Of a DNA stretch of 64,000 bases, positions 44,157-52,170 are shown piece after piece. Position 1 is the stretch's first letter, and every line of letters begins with the position of its first letter. Made by a program: the position numbers and the translations under genes. The notes beneath the pieces were generated by a model. The model searched no databases. It was not told where the DNA came from and worked only from the letters and a program-made list of their open reading frames with translations. Source of the stretch: Candidatus Parcubacteria bacterium (GTDB taxonomy: Bacteria > Patescibacteriota > Patescibacteriia > Patescibacteriales > UBA12075); the NCBI GenBank assembly GCA_002869165.1, contig PKTK01000005.1:2553-66552 (forward strand), given 5' to 3'.

Positions 44157-44558
44157 CTACAATTTATCAAAGAACTTTTCTGTCTCCTCCTCCATATCAA
44201 CTTCATTTTTTTCTATCTCTACAATATCCTTGGACTTAATTATTTTAAAATATCTAATATTTTTTTTCAAGCTTTTTGCTAGTTCAATTTCTGCTAGCAC
44301 CCCATCAGACACCGCCCCAAACACCCACAGTTCATCCGCTCTTTTCACTAGATTATTATTCCCTTCTCGCACCAAGTTTCTATCAACTGTATCAAGTAGA
44401 AAATAATCAAAGATCATGAAGGGATTGAGCGGCACTCCCCCATTTTCAATAACAAATTTGGATATGTATGAACGAAAATAAAAAAGATGTTTACTCATAG
44501 CAGTGTAAACTAAGTTCTTGCCTTTGTTTAGTTGTTGGGATTTGTGTTTGAAGGTCAT
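44157..44558 (-). CDS. hypothetical protein, possibly nucleoside 2-deoxyribosyltransferase-like fold
   Basis: GGVPLNPF ... ADELWVFGAVSDGVLAEIELAKSLKKNIRYF resembles that Rossmann-like family. Weak call. Confidence 0.35.
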   Translation of the reverse strand: MTFKHKSQQLNKGKNLVYTAMSKHLFYFRSYISKFVIENGGVPLNPFMIFDYFLLDTVDRNLVREGNNNLVKRADELWVFGAVSDGVLAEIELAKSLKKNIRYFKIIKSKDIVEIEKNEVDMEEETEKFFDKL

Positions 44559-44605
44559 TTTTTGGAGCCGCTTATCGTGGTTTTATCGGATGTAACAAAA
44601 GCGGG

Positions 44606-44986
44606 TTATTTAAAAAAATTGTTATTTTCATCGATTAGCTCAATCATATTACCATCTTGGTCGTTAATAAAGAATTGACGTTTTTCTCTATCTAGGTTTT
44701 CATTAATATCTGTTTTTTGCATGTTATCGTCGATATCATAAACTTCAACTTTTTTTGCAATGATTCTTTTAAGATAGTCTGATAGGTTGTTAATGGAAAC
44801 ACAAAAATGATAGAAACTATCTTTAATTGGATCGCCAGAATCTTGAGCAAGGTGTAAATATTGATCCCCGATTTTTATCCATCTAGATTTACCACGCTCT
44901 ACTACTTCCATTTCTAAAAGATTTGAATAGAAGTCTGCTGCTTTTAGTCTATCAGAGACCAAGATGGTAATATGATTTATTTTCAT
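44606..44986 (-). CDS. glyoxalase/VOC-family protein
   Basis: MKINHITILVSDRLKAADFYSNLLEMEVV and a second HFCVSI half-site, 126 aa. Confidence 0.65.
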   Translation of the reverse strand: MKINHITILVSDRLKAADFYSNLLEMEVVERGKSRWIKIGDQYLHLAQDSGDPIKDSFYHFCVSINNLSDYLKRIIAKKVEVYDIDDNMQKTDINENLDREKRQFFINDQDGNMIELIDENNNFFK

Positions 44987-45204
44987 TAGAGAATATTGAT
45001 AATTTAATTATATAGCTTTTGTTATTTCCGATAACGTTTCTCGATATCTGAAGTTTTGATTCAACTTTATTAGTAATAATTAGGAATCAAAATTTGGGTG
45101 AAAGAAATTTATCCTCCGTATTAATCTTTCTTTGGAGCGAAGCGGAAGAGAAAAGCTAATAAAGGTGAATTTCTGGAACCGCATATGCAGGTGTTAAGTG
45201 AAGT

Positions 45205-45456
45205 TTATGAATTTAATTTCGTAGAAATCACCAACCTTATTTTTAGTTTTGGGATATATAGACCGTTATAACTCCAGATGACGGTACCACAACCCATTAA
45301 TCCTTCAGGGCATTCGTATGATTCATCGCGACTTGTCCATTTAAAATACACTTCAGTATATTGATAAGTCATGAAAGAGAAGGTTGTTAAAAATATCATG
45401 ACAAGAAGTAATATAATATATTTTGTTTTCCTGGGAATTAAATTCATAAATTTCAT
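45205..45456 (-). CDS. small membrane-anchored hypothetical protein
   Basis: 83 aa, one TM helix (YIILLLVMIFLTTFSFM), then a CPEGLMGCG motif. Confidence 0.4.
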   Translation of the reverse strand: MKFMNLIPRKTKYIILLLVMIFLTTFSFMTYQYTEVYFKWTSRDESYECPEGLMGCGTVIWSYNGLYIPKLKIRLVISTKLNS

Positions 45457-45460
45457 TTAA

Positions 45461-45925
45461 CTAGAGTGATATGAGAAGTTTTACAGATACATTATTAAGT
45501 TTTATTTATCTGTAAAATTTGGACGGAGAGAATTGATAAATTGTTTTTGTTATCCCTAGTGTTTATTTAAAAATCAGAATTGGACACACGAAGCATTAAA
45601 TTGCAATACTTCGTGTGTAGTGGGTGCACTCAGTCTTTTTTTTGATAAAGAATTGATATGGTAATTGCTATACCGTTGCTTTTGTTGATTTTAGTATCAA
45701 CTTCATGACTTAAAATGGTTATTTCTCCAATGTTTTTTAGCCAATCATTAACTTTATAGTCAATCATTTTTTTATCCCAGCCCGAAAATAACACATGTTC
45801 CATGTTTTTCTCCCTATGCTTATTATTTTTTATACCTGCGCCAAAGACCCAATTCTGATTTTTAAATTTTTTATTAAGAACAAAAACAAATTTATCATTT
45901 CTCGCAGTCTCATATCACTTGTTAA
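45461..45925. repeat. ~85-bp imperfect inverted repeats bracketing a small ORF
   Basis: Three colinear blocks pair. AGTGATATGAGA (45465-45476) pairs with TCTCATATCACT (45908-45919). GAGAGAATTGATAAATTGTTTTTGTT (45526-45551) pairs with AACAAAAACAAATTTATCATTTCTC (45879-45903). TTTAAAAATCAGAATTGG (45566-45583) pairs with CCAATTCTGATTTTTAAA (45849-45866). Confidence 0.75.
45630..45803 (-). CDS. 57-aa hypothetical protein inside the inverted repeats
   Basis: Hand translation gives MEHVLFSGWDKKMIDYKVNDWLKNIGEITILSHEVDTKINKSNGIAITISILYQKKD. GGGAGAA lies 5 nt upstream of the ATG. A perfect 10-bp hairpin ACACACGAAG/CTTCGTGTGT (45584-45618) lies just downstream. Confidence 0.45.
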   Translation of the reverse strand: MEHVLFSGWDKKMIDYKVNDWLKNIGEITILSHEVDTKINKSNGIAITISILYQKKD

Positions 45926-46119
45926 GTGAAGTTGGCCATTGGAATTCGTTAAACTTCTTTAACAAATCAATAGCTTAACTTAGCACAAAACTTGAAAAAA
46001 ATCAAGCAAATTTCACATAACAAGTTATATGTGAACTTGTGAATTTAACAACTAATATTAAAAATAAATTTTTAAAAAATATGTTAACATGATTGTTTGT
46101 GCTAACATATTTTATTTAT

Positions 46120-46902
46120 CTATAATCCCCTTTCCTTCCCTACAATTATCCTTAGTTTTTTGGAAGCTAGATTTATGGTGGCTGGTGTGTCGACTTGTTC
46201 TACATTGTCTATTGTTATTTGACTTCCTTTTTTGTTTGAGATCGTTAGTTCTTGGAAGTTGAAGATGCTTGGAGTATTGGTTTTCTTACCTAGGGATAGG
46301 AGTTTGTTTGAGCTGCTGGTGTTAATGCAGAAGTCTAGATGTCCGTCTTGGGCGTTGCTAGGAAAGTTATCTGGAAGTTTAAATTGGTCTAGCATATTTA
46401 CCACCGCGATCTCACCTGCTTCATTTATTTCAATAGTATAAGAACCGTCAACATTTACTGATGTGTCTTCGGTTTGGATGATGGCTTCGCCAAGGAAGAA
46501 TTTATTATTTATTTTTCCTACGTCAAGCTCTTCGATTCTTCTGGCAGACAATATATTGCAAGCATCTGCGCCAACTGGAATACCAAGTTTTTGGGCAAAG
46601 CTGGAATTTTTGTTTTCAATGGGAATTATACCGATGGGTACGATTTGGGCATAATCGTTTTCTGTATAAAAAGAAATTACTGCATTAACAATCTTGTGCA
46701 GAATTGCGTTTCCGCCAACTACAATAATGGTTTTGGCGCCTTTTTTTATTTCATTGTGAACAGATTCTTTTAGAGATTGAAGAAGACCAAGTCTAATTAT
46801 TTTTCCGTTTAGTCCAAGGTCAGTTAATCTTGTTTCGATTTTGGCAATTTGTGAATCAAACTTTTTCTCAACTACAAAAGAATCATAAATATAAACATGC
46901 AT
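46120..46902 (-). CDS. diacylglycerol-kinase-catalytic-domain (YegS/NAD-kinase-like) protein, divergent
   Basis: IIVVGGNAILHKIVNAV replaces the usual GGDGT. The overall size and the PIGIIPI segment fit the DAGK_cat fold. Confidence 0.45.
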   Translation of the reverse strand: MHVYIYDSFVVEKKFDSQIAKIETRLTDLGLNGKIIRLGLLQSLKESVHNEIKKGAKTIIVVGGNAILHKIVNAVISFYTENDYAQIVPIGIIPIENKNSSFAQKLGIPVGADACNILSARRIEELDVGKINNKFFLGEAIIQTEDTSVNVDGSYTIEINEAGEIAVVNMLDQFKLPDNFPSNAQDGHLDFCINTSSSNKLLSLGKKTNTPSIFNFQELTISNKKGSQITIDNVEQVDTPATINLASKKLRIIVGKERGL

Positions 46903-46923
46903 AAATCTTTAGTCTTCTTTTGA

Positions 46924-47286
46924 TTAGTGATGCGTTTGAGACATTTTTAGATTACCATCAATTCGAGCACCTTTTTCAATGGAAATTTCAGTAGCTTCAA
47001 TATTTCCGCTAATATTAGCAGAATTAAGAAGTTCTAGATAGCCTTTTACCTTGACATCGCCTTTAATCTTACCAGCAATTTTTGCTGATTTTGCGCTAAT
47101 ATTAGCCAAAATACTAGCTTTTGATCCTACTTCTAGGTGACTTTTTGTAGTAACCTCCCCTTCTACTTCACCTTCTATAATTATATCTCCATCTCCATGA
47201 AAGTCCCCTTTCACTTTAATAGATGGTCCGATTATAGTCTCTGCTGTCCCTGGTCTAGAAACAGTTTTTTCTTCTTTGTTAAACAT
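46924..47286 (-). CDS. bactofilin
   Basis: TIIGPSIKVKGDFHGDGDIIIEGEVEGEVTT..., a repetitive beta-helix pattern of the DUF583/bactofilin family, 120 aa. Confidence 0.7.
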   Translation of the reverse strand: MFNKEEKTVSRPGTAETIIGPSIKVKGDFHGDGDIIIEGEVEGEVTTKSHLEVGSKASILANISAKSAKIAGKIKGDVKVKGYLELLNSANISGNIEATEISIEKGARIDGNLKMSQTHH

Positions 47287-47374
47287 AGTTATTTTTGTAT
47301 ATTTGATAATTAATTTATAGTTTAATTCTAATCCAAATCAACTAGAATATCAAGCCACAACCCTCCCCTTTTAC

Positions 47375-47575
47375 TTTATCATTACGAGTGGATCCGTCAG
47401 GCGGCGGAGAAAAATCCCATGAACATGGAAATTGATCGGCTCCAGTTAGTAACAGCCACCTCAAACAATGCTTTTCTTTTAGTCATTTTCACTTCCTTTT
47501 TTGTCATTCCCGCAAGGCGGGAAGGAGGTGAATTGCAAAGCAAGATAGGCCACCCTGGAGTGTCCAGAAATTTAA
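47375..47575 (+). repeat. two tandem long units of the GTCAT-hairpin repeat family
   Basis: Unit 1 (47375-47480) runs TTTATCATTACGAG...ACAGCCACCTCAAACAATGCTTTTCTTTT. Unit 2 starts at TTGTCAT (47501) with a perfect hairpin TTCCCGC-AAG-GCGGGAA (47507-47523), followed by GGTGAATTGC...CCCTGGAGTGTCC, which is homologous to 53683-53726. Confidence 0.65.
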
Positions 47576-47880
47576 TTAAACCTGTAAGCTTACTTTTTGC
47601 AAGAGTAAAAGTAACAAAAAGTTTTAGGGGCCCCTGCCTGCGGTCAGGCAGTGATTCGCTATAGAAAATAATATTCCTCCTGCTACCACCAATGAGGCTA
47701 ATTTAGCTCTCTAAAAAACCTAATAAGGACACATAAAAACGTTTTTTGTTGATGTATAATTTGCTTGTACAGATCGATTAATAAGTGATATATAAGTTTA
47801 TAAATATTTGAAGAATTAAGTAGTATAAGCTAAAATTTAACATAATAAAAACACTACATTATTGCAGTGTTTTTATTATG

Positions 47881-47954
<74 letters not shown>

Positions 47955-48050
47955 CTGTTTATTCAATTAAAAATTGGCAATTAAATATTAAAAATGTTGT
48001 TCTATTTGGAACATGTTAGAATATATACATAAATCTTTAATTGTAGAACG

Positions 48051-48122
48051 TGTCCCCACCAGGAATCGAACCTAGATTTAGGGTTTAGGAAACCCTCGTT
48101 CTATCCATTGAACTACAGGGAC
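48051..48122 (-). tRNA. tRNA-Arg (anticodon CCU)
   Basis: The reverse complement reads GTCCCTGTAGTTCAATGGATAGAACGAGGGTTTCCTAAACCCTAAATCTAGGTTCGATTCCTGGTGGGGACA, with anticodon loop TTCCTAA. Confidence 0.85.
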
Positions 48123-48719
48123 TGAAAATAAATAGAACCATTGGTATATCCCTGGTTCATGTATATACTATAAAGCATTATTTAAGATTTGGCAATATTA
48201 TATGTAATAATTTATCCACTAGCAAGAATATTAAAAATAGTATAAAATAGGGGATAGATAGAGGTGTTTTTGGGGATACTATAAGTTAATAAACATATAG
48301 TATTTTTTCTAAAAATAGCTTAAAAAACTTAAGTCTACAGTATTCTAGACTTAAGTTACCAAAATAAAACAAAAACACAAATAAAAACATATTTTTTAAG
48401 ACAAAAAGTATGTTTTTATTTATTTTAGTTCCATGTAGAACTAAAATTATGAATTATTATAGGTGGTTTCTTCGCTTACTTATAATAATTAAACATTTTA
48501 ACAAATAAATTGTTCAAATAAGCAAAATGAAAAACAAAAATTACAGTAATATTTATTATTTTAAAGATAAGTCCACACTACTGTAGACTTAAGTTTTTTT
48601 GTACACAATTACAGTGGAAAAGTGTATAAAACTATATAATTTAGCTAATATTAGGGAAATATTAAAGTGGATAAATAGGGGATAAGCCAATTTAAGTCCA
48701 CAATATCCTAGACAATACT

Positions 48720-49673
48720 ATGTTTGATACAATTATTATAGGTGCAGGACCTGCTGGCATGACAGCTGGAATATATGCGGCCAGAAGAGAAATGAAAACG
48801 TTAATTATTGGAAAAGAAGTAGGTGGTCAAGTTGTATGGGCCTCTGAAATTGAAAACTACCCAGGAGTTAAAAAAATTCAAAGCTTTGAATTAATTCAAA
48901 ATTTCAAAGAACACGTAGAAAGTTTTGGTGTAGAAATTAAAACAGATGAAGTAAAAGAAATTGTAAAAAAAGACGATTTTTTTGAAATAATTACTAATAA
49001 TACAAAGTACGAAACTAAAACTGTAATTGTAGCTATTGGTCTATCACCAAGAAGATTAGCTATAAAAGGTGAAGAAGAATTTGCTGGAAAAGGGGTGACA
49101 TATTGTGCTAATTGTGATGGCCCTTTTTATAGAGATAAGGAAGTTGCAGTAGTAGGTGGTGGAAATTCTGCTCTTGATGCAGCTGAAATGTTATCTAAAA
49201 TTGCTAAAAAAGTCTATCTAATTCACAGAAGAGATGAATTCAAAGCTTTTGAAGCCTTGGTAAGTGAAGTTAAAGCAAGAGAAAATATTGAGCTTGTTCT
49301 GAATGCGAATATTTCTGAAATCAAAGGGAATACAAAAGTTGAAAAAATTGAAGTAACAAATAATGATGGAACAAAAAAAGAAATAAATGTTGACGGTGTG
49401 TTTATAGAGATAGGTAGAATAGCAAGAACAGATTTGGTTAAAGAACTGGCTGAACGAAATGAAAGAGATGAAATATTGGTAGACGAGAAATGTAGAACTA
49501 AAACTAAAGGATTGTTTGCTGCAGGAGATGTAACACAGATTCCTTTCAAACAAATTTCGTCAGCCAATGGACAAGCCACAATTGCAGCTTTGGCTGCATA
49601 TCAGTATTTGCAATTAAAAGCTGGAAATTCAGCTGATATTATACTTGATCGAAGTATTAAAAAAAATGCTTAA
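48720..49673 (+). CDS. trxB: thioredoxin-disulfide reductase
   Basis: IIGAGPAGMTAG, redox-active CANCDG, GGGNSALDAA and AAGDV motifs, 317 aa. Confidence 0.9.
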   Translation: MFDTIIIGAGPAGMTAGIYAARREMKTLIIGKEVGGQVVWASEIENYPGVKKIQSFELIQNFKEHVESFGVEIKTDEVKEIVKKDDFFEIITNNTKYETKTVIVAIGLSPRRLAIKGEEEFAGKGVTYCANCDGPFYRDKEVAVVGGGNSALDAAEMLSKIAKKVYLIHRRDEFKAFEALVSEVKARENIELVLNANISEIKGNTKVEKIEVTNNDGTKKEINVDGVFIEIGRIARTDLVKELAERNERDEILVDEKCRTKTKGLFAAGDVTQIPFKQISSANGQATIAALAAYQYLQLKAGNSADIILDRSIKKNA

Positions 49674-50292
49674 TCTTGATTTTGAAAAATCGGTTTTTTA
49701 TAGTGGATATAATAATGTCGCGGGAGTTGATGAAGCAGGTAGAGGACCTTTGGCTGGACCAGTGGTGGCAGGGTGTGTGTTGATTGGTAGACATACCAAA
49801 ATCGACAAAGAATTGATGGATAAGTGTCGAGATTCAAAAAAACTTACAGAGAAAAAAAGAAAGTATTTGTTTGATCTGATTACAAAAAAAATAGAACATT
49901 ATGCAATTGGTGTCTGTGATGTTCATGTGATTGACAAAATAAATATATTGGAGGCCACATTTTTAGCAATGAAAAAAGCAATTTCAAATTTGCAACTTCA
50001 ACCGGATTTTGTTTTAGTGGATGGTAAGATTAAGATTAAAAATTTAAATATTGAACAAGAAGCAATTGTAAAAGGGGATAGTCAGGTTCTTTCAATTGCC
50101 CTGGCTTCTATCTTGGCTAAAGTGACTAGGGATATGATAATGGAAGATTTACACAAGAAATATCCGAATTATTCTTTTGACAAGCATAAGGGATACGGGA
50201 CTAAACTTCATATGGAAAGGCTACAAATTTTTGGTCCATCCTTAGTGCATCGCACTTCATTTAGACCAGTAAGTGATCTAATCAAGAAATAA
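49666..50292 (+). CDS. rnhB: ribonuclease HII
   Basis: VAGVDEAGRGPLAGPVV and DSKKLT motifs. The ATG at 49666 overlaps the trxB stop by 8 nt. Confidence 0.9.
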   Translation: MLNLDFEKSVFYSGYNNVAGVDEAGRGPLAGPVVAGCVLIGRHTKIDKELMDKCRDSKKLTEKKRKYLFDLITKKIEHYAIGVCDVHVIDKINILEATFLAMKKAISNLQLQPDFVLVDGKIKIKNLNIEQEAIVKGDSQVLSIALASILAKVTRDMIMEDLHKKYPNYSFDKHKGYGTKLHMERLQIFGPSLVHRTSFRPVSDLIKK

Positions 50293-50329
50293 ACTTGTTA
50301 GTAGTGATTAAATTTTGTATAATTATAAT

Positions 50330-50878
50330 ATGGATAACACAAGAGAGGAACAAGTATTGAATATTGAATTAATATTACATAAAGCAGGCGTAGGTGAAGG
50401 TATGACTGTAGCTGATTTTGGTTGTGGTACTGGTCATTTTGTTTTTCCTATTGCTCGAATTGTAGGCGGCAAAGGATTGGTGTATGCGGTTGATATCCTA
50501 AAAACAGCATTAAGGAGTGTAAAACGAAGAATAGAACTAGAGAATTTTTATAACATAAAACCAATTTGGAGTGATTTTGAAATATATAAAGGTACAAAAA
50601 TTGAGTCTTCTAGCTTAGATGTTGCTCTACTGGTTAATACATTACATCAATCTAAGCAAAAAGGAGCGATTTTGCGTGAAGTTAATAGGACGGTAAAAAA
50701 AGGTGGTGTGTTATTGGTGGTTGAGTGGAAAAATGTAAGCCTACCTTTCGGTCCTAGACCAGAACAAAGGGTTAGAGATGATCAGGTTGTTGAAATAGCC
50801 AAAAAGCTAGGCTTAAACTATGAAGAGCGTTTTGATGTGGGAAAGTACTACTATGGCTTGATTTTTCACAAACTATAA
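50330..50878 (+). CDS. class I SAM-dependent methyltransferase
   Basis: Motif I VADFGCGTGHF and the later LLVVEW. Substrate unknown. Confidence 0.65.
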   Translation: MDNTREEQVLNIELILHKAGVGEGMTVADFGCGTGHFVFPIARIVGGKGLVYAVDILKTALRSVKRRIELENFYNIKPIWSDFEIYKGTKIESSSLDVALLVNTLHQSKQKGAILREVNRTVKKGGVLLVVEWKNVSLPFGPRPEQRVRDDQVVEIAKKLGLNYEERFDVGKYYYGLIFHKL

Positions 50879-50919
50879 TTTAGTATATTGAGAGGGAGGA
50901 AATGAATTAATAGAATAAT

Positions 50920-51306
50920 ATGAGCAATTTATTGAATTTATCTTATTGGTTTAATATGCGACCAGGGGATTTACACCCAAACGGCTATGTTTTTTTTGGA
51001 ATATTTATATTAGCCTTTATAGTTTTAATAGTTTTATTCCAAATAGTTAGAAAAAGACCAAATAATGTTTATTTTAAAATTTGGCGAGGTTTAAATAGTT
51101 TTGCTATAACTAATTTAATTATAGCTTTGTTTTTAATGTTTTTTGAAAGTGAAACCCTGTATTTACTAGGAGCTAGGTTTTGGTTATTGCTTTGGCTAGT
51201 TTCAATGGCTGTTTGGCTATATTTTATCTTAATACATTTAAAAAAAATACCCGAAATCAAGGAACAGTTTAAAAAAGAACAGGAATACAAGAAATATATA
51301 CCATAA
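50920..51306 (+). CDS. hypothetical membrane protein
   Basis: Three or four TM helices and a basic C-terminus. No motif recognised. Confidence 0.45.
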   Translation: MSNLLNLSYWFNMRPGDLHPNGYVFFGIFILAFIVLIVLFQIVRKRPNNVYFKIWRGLNSFAITNLIIALFLMFFESETLYLLGARFWLLLWLVSMAVWLYFILIHLKKIPEIKEQFKKEQEYKKYIP

Positions 51307-51367
51307 AACAGATAATATAAATAAAAACAAAAAATAGGCTAATATTAGCCTATTTTTTATATATTTT

Positions 51368-51727
51368 ATGACTTATAAAAAACAAATTGGCAACCTTGGA
51401 GAGGATATTGCAACTAATTATTTAAAAGAAAAAGATTATAAAATAATAGCTAGAAATGAAAAAATATCCTATCAAGAAATTGATATTATCGCTAGTATTA
51501 AAGGAATAACTGTATTTGTAGAGGTAAAAACTTCTACTTTTTTTGATGATTATAGCGCTGAAATGGCCATGAACAAGACTAAATTGAAAAATTTTAAAAA
51601 AGCCATTTCTATGTATTCTAGTATTCACAAATTAGACATAGATATGTGTAGATTTGACCTAATTGCTGTGTATATAAATAACGCTAATAATTTACCTAAT
51701 ATTAAACATTATATTGAAATATTTTAA
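51368..51727 (+). CDS. yraN: YraN-family (UPF0102) endonuclease-like protein
   Basis: IGNLGEDIATNYLKEKDYKIIARN ... EIDIIA ... FVEVKT, the PD-(D/E)xK pattern of YraN. Confidence 0.75.
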   Translation: MTYKKQIGNLGEDIATNYLKEKDYKIIARNEKISYQEIDIIASIKGITVFVEVKTSTFFDDYSAEMAMNKTKLKNFKKAISMYSSIHKLDIDMCRFDLIAVYINNANNLPNIKHYIEIF

Positions 51728-51740
51728 TTTTTTTATGATG

Positions 51741-51794
51741 TTCTTCACATGTTTTTCCCCTGGTTTTTGCACAGTTTTTCACAAGTTTTCCACG
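51741..51794 (+). repeat. five direct ~11-bp repeats, T-tract + CACA (DnaA-box-like / phased T-tracts)
   Basis: TTCTTCACA (51741), TTTTTCCCC (51752), TTTTGCACA (51765), TTTTTCACA (51775) and TTTTCCACG (51786). Spacing is 10-13 bp, all in the same orientation. Confidence 0.7.
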
Positions 51795-51825
51795 TTTTTT
51801 GGCTAGTTTTAAACTATTTATCTAC

Positions 51826-51853
51826 TTGACCCCAAGTATAGCACTGATATACA
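51826..51853 (+). promoter_or_regulatory. sigma70-like promoter with extended -10
   Basis: TTGACC (51826-51831), a 16-nt spacer, and TGaTATACA (51845-51853). The predicted start near 51860 is 5 nt before the first helix of the structured element. Confidence 0.5.
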
Positions 51854-51864
51854 CTGGTAGTACC

Positions 51865-51993
51865 TTTAACGTGTTAGGAAAATAGGGAATACTACTGAGG
51901 CTTAAATAGTTTACTAGAAAACTTCAGTAGTAGACCCTTATAAAGGGCATAAGCGGGTTTACCTACTTTGTTCCTTTAGCCTAACACGTTAAA
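51865..51993 (+). ncRNA. candidate structured RNA / cis-regulatory leader, family unknown
   Basis: A 14-bp perfect closing helix: TTTAACGTGTTAGG (51865-51878) with CCTAACACGTTAAA (51980-51993). Internal helices: TACTACTGAGG/CTTCAGTAGTA (51890/51922, one G.U), CCCTT/AAGGG (51935/51943), and possibly AGGGAA/TTCCTT. Confidence 0.5.
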
Positions 51994-52170
51994 TTGATTA
52001 TAAATGATTAAAATATTTTGTCTTAATTATATGAGGACCATTTTGGTTGCAAGCGCAAAGCTACAACCAAAAAAGAAAAAATAAAAACAAAGGATTATTT
52101 CGCTTTAATCTAATTTACAAAAACAAAAACCATTTATATTATTAATTTTGCAAGGAGGTTTTATTAGTCT

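Noticed and set aside
45192-45933. The 14-nt direct repeat TGTTAAGTGAAGTT (45192-45205 and 45920-45933) as a target-site duplication of a ~730-bp mobile element.
   Set aside because: An exact 14-mer repeat within 1 kb of AT-rich sequence is only marginally unexpected. The left copy overlaps the end of a coding region, and the repeat does not coincide with the ends of the inverted arms.
47419-47664. ORFs drawn through GTCAT-family repeats (47419..47664, 43993..44406, 43881..44066, 57654..57935, 57686..57967, 58352..58537).
   Set aside because: Their sequences are determined by the GC-rich hairpin repeats. They overlap each other or real genes and lack RBSs. Different copies of the repeat would be read in different frames.
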